The notes under the pieces: generated by a model
What the model was told of the DNA's origin: nothing
Seen by the model: only the letters and a program-made list of their open reading frames with translations
The model's database searches: none
Position numbers and translations under genes: made by a program
Shown here: piece by piece, positions 21,157-31,085 of the stretch
Position numbering within the stretch: the first letter of the stretch is position 1
Layout: every line of letters starts with the position of its first letter
Assembly (NCBI GenBank): GCA_963771175.1
Contig: CAVYSY010000027.1
Location: 1-64,000, forward strand
Source of the DNA: an uncultured delta proteobacterium
GTDB lineage: Bacteria; Myxococcota; Myxococcia; Myxococcales; Myxococcaceae
DNA length: 64,000 bases
Reading direction: 5' to 3'

Positions 21157-22483
21157 TCAAGCGGCGGGCGCCGTACTCTCCTCCGTGCGCACGGGCACCC
21201 GGCGCATCGGCTGGAGCTTCCCGTATGTCAGCGAGCGCCACACCCATTCAACCGGGCCGAAGCGGAAGCGCACCAGCCAGAGATGGCTCACCAGCACCTG
21301 CACCCAGAAGAGCCCGAACACGAGCAAGAGGCACACCGAGGGGCGGAGCTTCCCGATGAGGTTCAGCCCGTAGCCGTAGAAGACGAGCTGCCCGATGACG
21401 GACTGGCTCAGGTAGTTCGTCAGCGCCATCTGTCCCGCCGGGCGCCAGCACGGAGAGGAATCGCCGCGCTCGCGGACGCGGGAAGAGGAGCGCGAAGGCG
21501 GCCACATAGAAGGCGGCGAGGCCCAGGACGCCCACCTCCCAGATGGCTGGCGGGACGAAGGTCATCCACAGCGCGCCCTTGGGAATCACTCCGGTGCTCG
21601 ACAGGTGTCTGATGAGCCACCCGACCCCGTTCCCCACAAGCCCAACCACCAGGCCCCACCCGAGGAGCCGGCGAAAGAGGGGCCGATTCCCCTCCACGTC
21701 ATGGAAGAGCCGCCGCCGACCCGCGACGAGTCCCAGGAGGAACCGGCCGAGCGTGACGAGCGCGTACGACACCATCATCGGACTGAAGAAGACGCGCAGG
21801 TGGAACTCGATGTTGGCCCGCGCGGTGGTGAGATAGGAGCCACTCTGGAAGGCCTCCAGGGTCCGGGCGCGGATGTCCGCGATTCTCGCGAAGGTCTCCC
21901 GGGATGCGTCCTGGACGACGTCCGGCGAGCTCGCCAGCACCGGCACGAGCCTCAAGGCGGCGACCACGACGAGCGGCGCTCCGATCATGAGCACGAGGCT
22001 CCAGACCAGCAGCCTCCGGTCGGGCACCTGGCGGAACAGCAGGAGCACGAAGCCCACCACCGCGTACATGTGGAGGACGTCGCCGTACCAGATCGCGAAG
22101 AGGTGCGTGAGCCCGATGAGCAGGAGCACCCCCAGACGCCGGGCGTACACGGAGACGATGGAGGCTCCGCGCTCCTCGGCCCGGCCCAGCTGGATGGCGA
22201 AGCCGAGGCCGAAGAGGAACGAGAAGATGGCCATGGCCTTCCCCGAAAGCAGGCGCTCGTAGAGGAACTCGGCGACGACATCCACCCGCGAGACCCTCAG
22301 GGCATCGCGGGTGGCCTTCGGCACGAGACCCCAACCGCTCAGGTGGGTGTAGGCATTCGAGACGAAGACGCCGCAGAGCGCGAAGCCGCGCAGCACATCG
22401 AGGAGGATGAGGCGCTCACTGGAGTCGACCGGGCGCGGCGCTTCAGTGGCTCCGTGTGGCGCCGGGGGGGAAGTGCTGGCCAT
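21157..22483 (-). CDS. DUF418 (YeiB-like) membrane protein, frameshift near 21445
   Basis: LDVLRGFALCG, FSFLFGLGF, WYGDVL, GQMALTNYLSQS, FGPVEWVWRSLTY. Confidence 0.88.
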
Positions 22484-22514
22484 GAGCCCAGCAGACGCGC
22501 CCCCCTTCCTCACG

Positions 22515-22740
22515 TCAAGGGCACGGAAGCAGGTGTCCCGGTCACGCAGCGCCCAGGGCGTGTGCTCGAGCCGATCCGGGCCGGACGCCATCGCCTGACC
22601 ACACAGCTCCGCATCACGCAAAGCGAAGGGACGAACTCCACCACGCACCCGCCACGTCTCGCCGCCGCCAGGCACAGCTCCCGGGTGCGGAGCGCATCGG
22701 GAACGTAGGAGAGGCTTTCACCGTCACGTCTCCTCGATGC
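22515..22740 (-). pseudogene. DUF4116-like repeat remnant
   Basis: GESLSYVPDALRTRELCLAA and LEHTPWALRDRDTCFRAL repeats in broken frames. Confidence 0.45.
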
Positions 22741-22806
22741 GCTCGAACGTCTCGCCGTCTTCCCCGGATGCTCCGTCTTTGCGGCGGGCCTCCAGGTAGG
22801 CGGCTT

Positions 22807-22926
22807 TGAGCGAGCGCGGTCCCTCGTGCCCACACCAACAGGTGGAAGTGGTTGGAAGCGAAGGTGAACGCGCGCAGCCGCACGTGACCGGCGCTCCGCT
22901 GGATGGCTCGCGCCAGCGCGCCTCCT
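22807..22926 (-). mobile_element. REP-associated tyrosine transposase (RAYT/Y1 HUH) N-terminal fragment
   Basis: GGALARAIQRSAGHVRLRAFTFASNHFHLLVWARG contains the HUH motif (NHFH). Confidence 0.7.
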
Positions 22927-23005
22927 GTTGCTACAGGTGGCTACAAATTTGCCCGGCCCTGTATCCGGGATGAGAGTGCCCGACGTCTCTCCCCGGAGCC
23001 CGCAT

Positions 23006-23533
23006 ATGAAGAGTCTCCTGACGCTCGTGGCCTCTCTCTCGGTGGCGACCGCGCCGGGTGGCGACGCGCGGCACCTCCTGCGCGTGGACCTGGAGACCTC
23101 GGCGCTCTCGGCGCTGCCCTCCACGTGCTTTCGTACGCCCGCGGGGGCCTCGGAAGCCTCGCCTGCCTCGGAGCAGAGCCTGACCTGGGTGCTGCGCGAT
23201 GACGGCGAGCGCGGCTCGAGCATGCTCGAACCCGGCGCACCTTCCTTCGTGCTCGGTGACGCTGGACGGGTGACCCTGCCCCAGCAGCTCAGGGGGAGCG
23301 ATGCGCGCTTCTCCTTCCAGGACTTCCAGGCGCGCGTGGAGGGCACGCGCATCACCACTCGCCACACCTCGGCGGAGATCGTGCTCACCCCTGCTGAGGA
23401 GGGCTGGACGGGAACGCTGGCCTTGAGCGTGCGGGACGAGTGCCGCGGCGGCACGTGTCAGCTGGCCTGTGAGGTGGTGCTGCCGTTCACCGCCAGACCC
23501 GTACCTCTCCGCCTCGCGAGCGCGGCGCGCTGA
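23006..23533 (+). CDS. Secreted hypothetical protein
   Basis: Signal-like MKSLLTLVASLSVATA; open frame to 23533. Confidence 0.6.
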   Translation: MKSLLTLVASLSVATAPGGDARHLLRVDLETSALSALPSTCFRTPAGASEASPASEQSLTWVLRDDGERGSSMLEPGAPSFVLGDAGRVTLPQQLRGSDARFSFQDFQARVEGTRITTRHTSAEIVLTPAEEGWTGTLALSVRDECRGGTCQLACEVVLPFTARPVPLRLASAAR

Positions 23534-23909
23534 GCGCCGAAGGTGTCAGACTCGACTTTCGCCGGGGTACACGCCTGCCCAGGCCGCGTGGGCACTCCCA
23601 GGCACTGCAAGCCTGTTTCAGCAAGTCGCTCCCCAGTGATGTCGAGCCGCTCCGGTTACGTCCAAAAACATGACCTCAAAGGTCATGTCGGTGGTATCGT
23701 GTCCGCGCAATGCGCGCGGGCTCTTGCCGACTGGTTCCAGTCCAGCTATGATTTCTCGTTAAGAGGGTTTTGACTGGATTCCTTGTAGGACAGGGCCTGG
23801 GTCGAGAGGGGATGTCGGGTTCAGGGGTTCGGGGAAGCAACTGCTTTCGTGTTGCCGCGACAATCCTCCAGCTGAGCTGTGCGCTGTGCCGGATACGACC
23901 GGAGTCCTC

Positions 23910-24335
23910 ATGAACAAGGCCCTTCGACACCTTCGAGTCGCGCTCCCGACGCTCATGCTACTGGCGTGCAGCAACCCTCCGGAAGTCGGCGTGGACCCGA
24001 CAGAAGTCAGCGTCGACGAGACGATGACCCATGCCGTCAAGCTCCGCGCTGGAGACACCGTCAAGGTCAGCCTCGATGTCCATATGAGCTCGGGGTCGAG
24101 TTGGCACCTCGCAAACACGCCTCCCGCCAACCTGGAGTTGCTCGGCTCTGAAGTGGTTCAACCCCCGGGTGAGAACAACCCACCCGGCATGGTCGGGCAG
24201 CGTGAAGTCCAGGTCTTCCGCTTCAAGGCGGTCTCCCAGGGGGACGTGAGTCTGGAATTCAGGAAGGCCAGACCCTGGGAGAAGCAGAAGCCCGAGAAGA
24301 CCTTCAGCATCCAGCTCGCGGTTGCGGCGAAGTAG
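23910..24335 (+). CDS. Chagasin-family (I42) cysteine protease inhibitor lipoprotein
   Basis: Lipobox LLAC; SSGSSW loop, GMVG loop, FRFKA and RPWE motifs. Confidence 0.82.
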   Translation: MNKALRHLRVALPTLMLLACSNPPEVGVDPTEVSVDETMTHAVKLRAGDTVKVSLDVHMSSGSSWHLANTPPANLELLGSEVVQPPGENNPPGMVGQREVQVFRFKAVSQGDVSLEFRKARPWEKQKPEKTFSIQLAVAAK

Positions 24336-24394
24336 CGCAGTAGCCCTGGACGGGCCTGGACGCAGGGGCCTTTCCCCTCCAAGGAGTCTCTTCC

Positions 24395-24920
24395 ATGCTG
24401 CGCTCCTTCAAGCATCTGCTCGGTGCTGTCCTCGGGCTTTCCCTCGCGGCATGTGCCACGACAGGTGCCTCGCTCAACACACACCCACGGCTGGCGGAAC
24501 TGGAGCGCCTCAAGCAGGAGCGCGGCTGGACGTTTGATTTGAAATACACGGAAGTGCTCGAGCGCCCCCTGCCCAAGCGGATTCCCCTCAGGACCATGAG
24601 CTCGCGGCAGTCGCGTGAGCAGACGAAGACGTCCAAGGCGCAGCTCGCCTCCGCGAACAAGACCGGCAACGGGCCCTGGAATACCCAATGTGACTCCACC
24701 GCGAGCCAGTGGGACTGGAGAACGGAGAGGCATGTTGGAGAGGTTCGGGATCAAGGCCGTCAGTGTTTCTCCTGCTGGGCCTTCGCCGCCGCCGCTGCAT
24801 TCGAGGCGAGCTACTCCGTTCAACATGGCCAGTACATTCCCGTCTCGGAGCAGAACGTCCTCAATTGCGCATCGACCATGAGCACTTGTGATGGGGGGTT
24901 GGTGGCTGATGCCTACAATG
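24395..24920 (+). pseudogene. Papain-like C1A cysteine protease lipoprotein, 3'-truncated
   Basis: Lipobox LAAC; WDWR, VRDQG, CFSCWAF, SEQNVLNC, CDGG; the His/Asn half is absent and replaced by transposase sequence. Confidence 0.82.
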
Positions 24921-25080
24921 AAGTCCCCTCGCCTCCACCGAGCAGCTGCCTCGCGGAAGGTCGTGACGAAGGCCCGGTACTGCTCGCGTAACTCCCGTAG
25001 TGCCTGGAGCGTGGAGGCATGCCCAACGGCCGCGGGCTGCGCTTGAGGTGCTCGGGCCGGGTGTGAGGGTGCTGTGCCAT
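24919..25080 (-). mobile_element. RAYT transposase C-terminal fragment
   Basis: HPHTRPEHLKRSPRPL then GHASTLQALRELREQYRAFVTTFREAAARWRRGDF, recalled as the tail of myxobacterial RAYT proteins. Confidence 0.6.
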
Positions 25081-25177
25081 CACGGATTGACTCCCAAGGC
25101 AGGCTTACCCCGTGCTCGGCCCTCGGCTTCCACCTCAGGGCAGCGACGGCCGGTACGGCCTGGGTTAGGGCAGGACC

Positions 25178-26255
25178 ATGCCCCTCGTCCTCGGACATAC
25201 CCTGCTCGCGGCCCTCGTGCTGACGGGCGCCAGGCCCGCCTCCTCTTCCCCCAGCGCGTCCGACCCGCAGATCGGACCGGGCCCGCCGTCTCGTATCTCA
25301 AGTCCCAGGAGGACGTGGGGTGCGACTGGATGCGGCAGCCGCTGCCCTCCGGAAAGCCCGAGCGCGTCTTCTCCTTCGATGAGCCCTGCGGCGTCGCCAG
25401 CGTGTCGTGGAGCCGCGATGGCAAGCAGGGCCTCGTCTTCGCCCCCAGCTATGGCCCGGACCGGGGCCTTCGCGTCTGGCGCGTGGACTTCCTGAAGCGC
25501 ACGGGCACGTTGGTGGACCTCAGCGGGCTGCCCGTGCCGAAGACGCCGTCGAAAGAGGATGTGCCCACCATCTCGAAGATGAGCTTCGATCCGCAGGGGC
25601 GCCTGGTGGCGCTGGTCCACTACTCGCCCGTGCTACAGCCGCGCTCCCCGGAGCCGGATGGCAAGCTGTTCATCTCCTTCGAGGGCCAGCGCTACCCCGT
25701 GGACGACGGCCGTGCGGATACCTCGCTCGTCATGGCGTACCGGCTCGAGGCCGGCACCTGGAAGCGCGTCGAGCTGAAGCCGTCCACCTCCGGAGTATTC
25801 GAGCCCCTCGAGACGGCGCGGACGCTTCAGCCCGTGGTCTCTCAAAGCGGAGTGGACGGGTTCCGGGGCAAGGGGAGCTCCAGCGAAGGATCCCGCCCGG
25901 AAGCTGCTGAGCGCCGCCTTCCCGGACAAGAAAGAGGGACTGGGAGAAGGCAGGTGGCTGCGGCTGTCCACCTCGGGAGGTCCGCTCTACTACCGCGAGG
26001 AGCCGCTGGGCGATGGCTATACGGCCTTTGCCCCCGTGCGGTGGGGAGCGGGCGGCAAGCTGCTGCCGGTGGAGGGCGTGCCTGACGGACAGGATGTCTC
26101 CGTCGGCTTTCACCTCGAGCGCGAGCTGCTGCTGGTGCAGCTCGAGGGGAGGCGAGGGTCCCACGGCGCTGATCTTCGATACGAAGACGAAGAAGCGCCT
26201 GCTGTCCCTGGATGATGTCACCGCCCCCGCGCTCTGGCCGCGCTCGTCCAGGTGA
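25178..26255 (+). CDS. Secreted hypothetical protein (beta-propeller-like), frameshifted
   Basis: Signal MPLVLGHTLLAALVLTG; VSWSRDGKQ.. and SFDPQGRLV repeats; ends TAPALWPRSSR. Confidence 0.55.
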
Positions 26256-26371
26256 GACTCGATGCCCGCTGTCTGGATTCGTGAGCGACTGAACGCGCGC
26301 GCCAGCGTGGCCCTTGAGCAACCATTTCAGGGAGCGCAGAGTGGCCCGTGAATCCAGACACGGGGGCGTCC

Positions 26372-26496
26372 ATGACGAGCAGGAAGAAGGTGCTTCTCCG
26401 TTGGTTGGTGGCCGTTGGAGCCGCGGGAGCGCTGCTGGGGGGAGCGGCGTATTCCATGCCCATGGAGTGATTTGCTGCGACATCAAAGCCTGTTAG
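26372..26496 (+). pseudogene. Second small Cys-rich peptide gene, internally deleted
   Basis: MTSRKKVLLRWLVAVGAAGALLGGAAYSMPME* followed at once, in another frame, by ICCDIKAC*; matches both ends of the 8504 peptide. Confidence 0.7.
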
Positions 26497-26500
26497 TCCC

Positions 26501-27660
26501 ATGTCTCGCCCGCTCCAGGACATGTCACACACCAGAGGGACCGCGCTCGCCCTGGTAGGAGTGGGCTGCGTGCTGCTCCTCTGGCTGGTCGCCACCGCGC
26601 TCCCCAGCCCCAGTGCGACCGGGGAAGTCCCCTCCGCTGTTGGCTCATCAGCCCCACAGGATGGACGCTCCCCGCCTCCTGCTCCGCTCGATGAACCACG
26701 TTCCAACATGATGAACGCCGGGCACATGAGCGCCTCCCTTCCAAGGGAAGCGCCCACGCTCCGCGGACCCGAGCCCCAGCCTCCGATGCAATCCTCCGAA
26801 CCCGCCGCCAGCTTCGCGGAGAGCTCGCCGGCCCCAGCCATGTCGAGCATGCCCTCCCCTCGCAGCGGAGATCGCACCGGACGGCTTCCCCACTTCCGCC
26901 ATGCGCTGCACCTTCGACGGTGGTGTCATGACCTGCGGGAGGTGCCGGACGGACAGCGACTGCCCGGCGGGCCAGGGGTGTGTGGCCAATCGCGAGACGC
27001 GCCGCTTCGAGTGCATGGCTTCCGACTGCGAGGAGGACGCGCACTGCTTTCCCGGCTTCGCCTGCCGTGCCGCCAACGGTGGAGACTCCGGCCCCATCAT
27101 CCGGCGCTGTACGCCCGAAGGGGTACGGCGCGAGGGGGAGACGTGCGATTCAAGTTACATCTCCCGAGCCGGGGCCTGCCGCGAGGGCCTGCGCTGCGTC
27201 AGCGGGATATGTACCGTGCCCTGTCGGCTCGATGACCCGGCGAGCTGCCCGACCGGATACCTCTGCAAGGAAGGATGCGGACGGCCCGGGCTGCTTTCCC
27301 GATTGCCGCCAGCTCGGATGCCCGCGAGGGCAGCAGTGCAAGCGCATCACCGACTCGAAATCGCAGTGCCTGGAGCAGGTCGTCGGCACCTGCCCGGAGA
27401 CGCCGTGCGCCGAGGGCGAGCTCTGCGTCAAGCGGTTCTCGCGAGGCCGCGGAGTCTTCTGGTGTGCCCGCTCCTGCAATCCCATCTTCCCGGACAGTTG
27501 TCCCGCCGGCTACGTCTGCGGTCAGGCCTCCCCCACCACCAGCGCCTGCTTCCGCGCGTGCGACCCGCATGACCTCGACTCCTGCGGCAAGGGATGGATG
27601 TGCGCCACCGCGTCCGAGGACCTGCTGCTGTGGGGGTGCTACCCGAACTCCGACGAGTAA
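26501..27660 (+). CDS. Cys-rich membrane-anchored protein, paralog C, 2 frameshifts
   Basis: TM segment ALALVGVGCVLLLWLVA; CGRCRTDSDCPAGQGCVANRETRRFECMASDCEEDAHCFPGF; ends LLLWGCYPNSDE. Confidence 0.78.
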
Positions 27661-27735
27661 CGGAATGCCCGCTGGCGGAAGCTCGGCCAAACTCCGGGCT
27701 GGGCACGGGCGCGCTCCGAGGCGAGGCTTGGGCCC

Positions 27736-29433
27736 GTGGACACCCTGCCCGACCCCGAGCAACTCGAGCCCCTCCTCTCCGCCGCCCTCGCCCTGCCGGC
27801 CCTGAAGCCCCATGCGGCCCGCCTCGAGCGGCTGCGCCGTGACTACGCGCGCGGCCTGGAGCAGAAGGACGCGCCCCTCACCGTGGCCCTGGTGGGCGCC
27901 ACCGGCGCGGGCAAGTCCACCCTGCTCAACGCGCTGGCCGGCCAGTCGCTCGCGCGCGAGGGCGAGGACCGCCCCACCAGCTCCGCCTCCACCGTCTTCG
28001 CTCCCGAGGGCATCGGCCTCGACACCCTCTCCCAGGTGGGCGCGAAGGTGGTGCGCTACACGCCGGGCCCTCGGGGGTTGTGGAGCGGGCAGGTGTTCAT
28101 CGACACGCCGGACCTCAACAGCGTGGCCACCGTGCACCGAGAGGTGGCGCGCGGGGCGCTGGAGCGCGCGGACGTGGCACTGGTGGTGATGCACCGGGGA
28201 AGCGTGGCCGAGGCCACCCAGGTCGAGTTCCTCGCCGACTTCGCCCGGCGCCGCTCGCTCGTGTTCCTCATCAACTTCGCGGACGAGCTGTCCGCGGACT
28301 CGCGCGAGACCCTGAAGTCCCAGGCGCGCCGGCTGGCGGCGGAGCAGTACGGGCTGGCGCTGGAGTCCGTGCCCGTCTTCGCCATCAGCGCCCGCGCGGC
28401 GCAGCGGGGGGAGGACCCCTCGGGCGAGTTCGGCTCCCTCCTCTTCCACCTCAAGTCCCTGGCCACCCAGGCAGTGGCCGAGCGCGTGCGGCGCTCCAAT
28501 GCCCAGGGCGTGCTGGAGGAAATCACCTCGCGGGTGGAGGGCGCGCTGAAGGACACGGAGGACACGCTGGCCCGGGCGCGCACCGCGCTGGAGTCGGGCC
28601 TCGGGCGCACCTCCGAGGGGCTGAAGGCGGACTTCGACGCGCGGCTGACGCTGGCGCAGGGCTTCCTGGCCACGGAGGTGCGGAATCAGGCGGCGGGGCG
28701 CTTCTGGGGCCCGGCGGCGTGGGGCATGCGGCTCTCCTTCGTGGGAGCGGGAGGGCTGGGAGCGGCGACGCTGGTGGCGCGGCGCAGCCTGCCGGTGGGA
28801 CTGGCGGTGGCGGCGACCTCCACCGTGCTGGACGCGGTGCGGGACAGGACGCGGGCCCGTGCGGCGGAGACGGCGGTGGTGGAGCCCTTCGAGGACGACA
28901 TCTCCGTGGAGGGAGCCGCGCGCGCCGCGCTGACGGAGGCCCGGAGCCTGGCGCACGCGAGCGGGCTGTCCCCGGAGGTGCTGGGGCTTCCGGACGTGGA
29001 GACACTGCTGGTGGAGTTGAAGTCCGCGCGCGCGAGCGCCTGGCGCTACACCGTCACCACGGCGGTGGCGGAGGCGGTGGCCGGCTGGTGGCGCACGGCG
29101 CGCTGGCTGCTGCTGCCGCTCATCAACCTGCCCCTGCTGGGGCTGCTGGGGCACGTGGGCTACCGCGTGGTGCGCGCGTACGTGGAGGGCCCGCTGCTGG
29201 GCGTGGACTACTTCCTCAACGCGGGAGCCCTCTTCGCGCTGCTCGCGGGGGCCGGGGCACTCCTGGCCTCGGCGAGCCTCGCGGGCACCACCCGCGCCGT
29301 CCGCCGCGCGGGCCACGAGCGTTTCGTCACGCTGCTGGGCACGCTCGGTGGCCGGTTGGGAGACACGGTCCAGGACAGCCTCCGCCCCGCTCGCGAGGCC
29401 GCCCGCCGACTGCTCGCCCTCAACCGGAAGTGA
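27736..29433 (+). CDS. Dynamin-like/TRAFAC GTPase with C-terminal TM segments
   Basis: GATGAGKS (G1), PTS (G2), DTPD (G3), NFAD (G4-like); helical and hydrophobic C-terminus. Confidence 0.82.
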   Translation: MDTLPDPEQLEPLLSAALALPALKPHAARLERLRRDYARGLEQKDAPLTVALVGATGAGKSTLLNALAGQSLAREGEDRPTSSASTVFAPEGIGLDTLSQVGAKVVRYTPGPRGLWSGQVFIDTPDLNSVATVHREVARGALERADVALVVMHRGSVAEATQVEFLADFARRRSLVFLINFADELSADSRETLKSQARRLAAEQYGLALESVPVFAISARAAQRGEDPSGEFGSLLFHLKSLATQAVAERVRRSNAQGVLEEITSRVEGALKDTEDTLARARTALESGLGRTSEGLKADFDARLTLAQGFLATEVRNQAAGRFWGPAAWGMRLSFVGAGGLGAATLVARRSLPVGLAVAATSTVLDAVRDRTRARAAETAVVEPFEDDISVEGAARAALTEARSLAHASGLSPEVLGLPDVETLLVELKSARASAWRYTVTTAVAEAVAGWWRTARWLLLPLINLPLLGLLGHVGYRVVRAYVEGPLLGVDYFLNAGALFALLAGAGALLASASLAGTTRAVRRAGHERFVTLLGTLGGRLGDTVQDSLRPAREAARRLLALNRK

Positions 29434-30097
29434 CCCGCCCCTGTCGGCCAGAGCGCACGACTCGGGCCTGCAGGCGCTTGTAGAGCTCCATCACCAGCCG
29501 GAGCTCGTCCGCGGTCCGCCGCTCGATGGCGGTGTAGTCGCCGCTCTCGTAGCTCTCCCATACGCCCTTGCTCGAGCCCTTCAGCTCGCACAGCCCCAGG
29601 CGCCCCGCCATCTCCTTGGTCGTCTTCGGGTAGAGGACGGGCTCCTCGGGGAACAGGAAGCTGGCCTCGTTGGCCAGGTCGATTGGCCGGGCCTTGAAGA
29701 AGACCTCGAACAGCTCGGCCGGATCGGCGATCTCATTGAAGAGGGAGCGGCAGTAGAGCGCCGGCAGGTCGAACTTGGCGATGCCCGCGCCGCAGAGGAC
29801 CAGGTCCTTCGCCGGCTTGCCGAGGATGCGCACCCCCTCGTCCCGCTGCCGTTGCCACTCCTGCTCGAAACGCGCCTTGATGGCGCGCAGCAGGGCGGCC
29901 TCGGACTCGAAGTTCCAGAGCCACAGGCCCTGGACCTCCGGCGTCTCCGGGATGGGCTCCTCGAAGCGCTTGCTGAAGAAGCAGCCCCCGAGCAGCAGGT
30001 GGCTTGGCCTCGCCGGATTGACGATGAGCGAGCTCAGGCTCGTGGCACGGTCGCTCGGAGGCGCATAGGCCTCCAGGTCGAAGAACAGCATGGCCAC
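29420..30097 (-). CDS. Hypothetical protein with RNase H-like/DEDD 3'-5' exonuclease features
   Basis: FFDLEA, ESEAALL, GAGIAKFDLPAL, IDL and C-terminal ADEL. Confidence 0.55.
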   Translation of the reverse strand: MAMLFFDLEAYAPPSDRATSLSSLIVNPARPSHLLLGGCFFSKRFEEPIPETPEVQGLWLWNFESEAALLRAIKARFEQEWQRQRDEGVRILGKPAKDLVLCGAGIAKFDLPALYCRSLFNEIADPAELFEVFFKARPIDLANEASFLFPEEPVLYPKTTKEMAGRLGLCELKGSSKGVWESYESGDYTAIERRTADELRLVMELYKRLQARVVRSGRQGRVTSG

Positions 30098-30171
30098 CTC
30101 GTCGGAGGGTTCACCGCCGAGGCGCAGGCTACCACGGGGGCCCCCCGGGTAGCCCTCGCGACACGCGGCCG

Positions 30172-30942
30172 CTACTCGGTCCGGATGGCCTGACGGGAGC
30201 CACCGGCGCCGTCCGACGCGCGCTCGTCACGCTTGCGCGCGTTCTCGAGGGTGGACTTCGCCCCAGTCGGGATGCCACCCGCGGCCTGCTCACCCTCGCT
30301 CGGCGGGGCGCTGGCGGGAGCGAGCGACTCGTTGCCACGCGCCGCGTCGTTGGCGGCCATGACCGGCATGTTCTGGTTGTTGCCGCACGCGGGCGCGGCG
30401 ATGAGGGTGTCGCGCACCGGGTCGCCGTAGCCGGCGATGAGGGCGGGCGTGGAGGGGTTGTTCCACCCGGAGCCCACCGTGCGGGCCACCTTGAAGTGCA
30501 GGTGGGGGCCACAGGACCAGCCGGTGTTGCCCGAGTAGCCCAGGAGCTGCCCCTTCTGCACCTGCTCGCCGGGCTTCACCACCACGGCGCTGAAGTGCAG
30601 GTACTGGGTCTCGACGCCACCCTCGTGGGCGACGACGACGTAGTTGGCGTGCTGCGCCATCTTCGGGTTGCACCCACCCTGGGTGCTGTCACCACGCGCC
30701 AGGCGCACCACGCCGTCCTGGGCGGAGACGATCGGCGTGCCCACGGGCATGCGGAAATCCCACGCGTAGGTGTCATTCTGCAGGTGGCTGCCCGTGTCGT
30801 GGCCCTGGCTCACCGGGAACACACGGCCACAGGCGAAGGGGATGCCCATTTCAGGCACCACGGTGTTGCGGGCGGAGGGGACTGCCGGAGCGGACGCGAG
30901 GAGAAAGATCGTGGGCAGGATCATGGGGTGGCCGCGCGACAA
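30172..30942 (-). CDS. M23 family metallopeptidase
   Basis: H..YAWDF, YLH, YSGNTGWSCGPHLHF. Confidence 0.88.
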   Translation of the reverse strand: MSRGHPMILPTIFLLASAPAVPSARNTVVPEMGIPFACGRVFPVSQGHDTGSHLQNDTYAWDFRMPVGTPIVSAQDGVVRLARGDSTQGGCNPKMAQHANYVVVAHEGGVETQYLHFSAVVVKPGEQVQKGQLLGYSGNTGWSCGPHLHFKVARTVGSGWNNPSTPALIAGYGDPVRDTLIAAPACGNNQNMPVMAANDAARGNESLAPASAPPSEGEQAAGGIPTGAKSTLENARKRDERASDGAGGSRQAIRTE

Positions 30943-31085
30943 CGACGGAAGTCCCTTCCACTATTCCATTCCATTTCCCTCCCCACCCTCCCCTCGCTGC
31001 TCGCCCGCTGGCTTCGGGAACGACCCGCCGAGCCATACTGTTGGCGGCCCCGCCTGGGAGCCCCGGACGAAGGGGAACACACGAC

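Noticed and set aside
26468..26470. TGA aligned with a Cys of the 8504 peptide, as a second Sec codon reading into the partner gene
   Set aside because: The homologous tail ICCDIKAC is in a different frame, so a deletion junction fits better. I saw no convincing SECIS hairpin.
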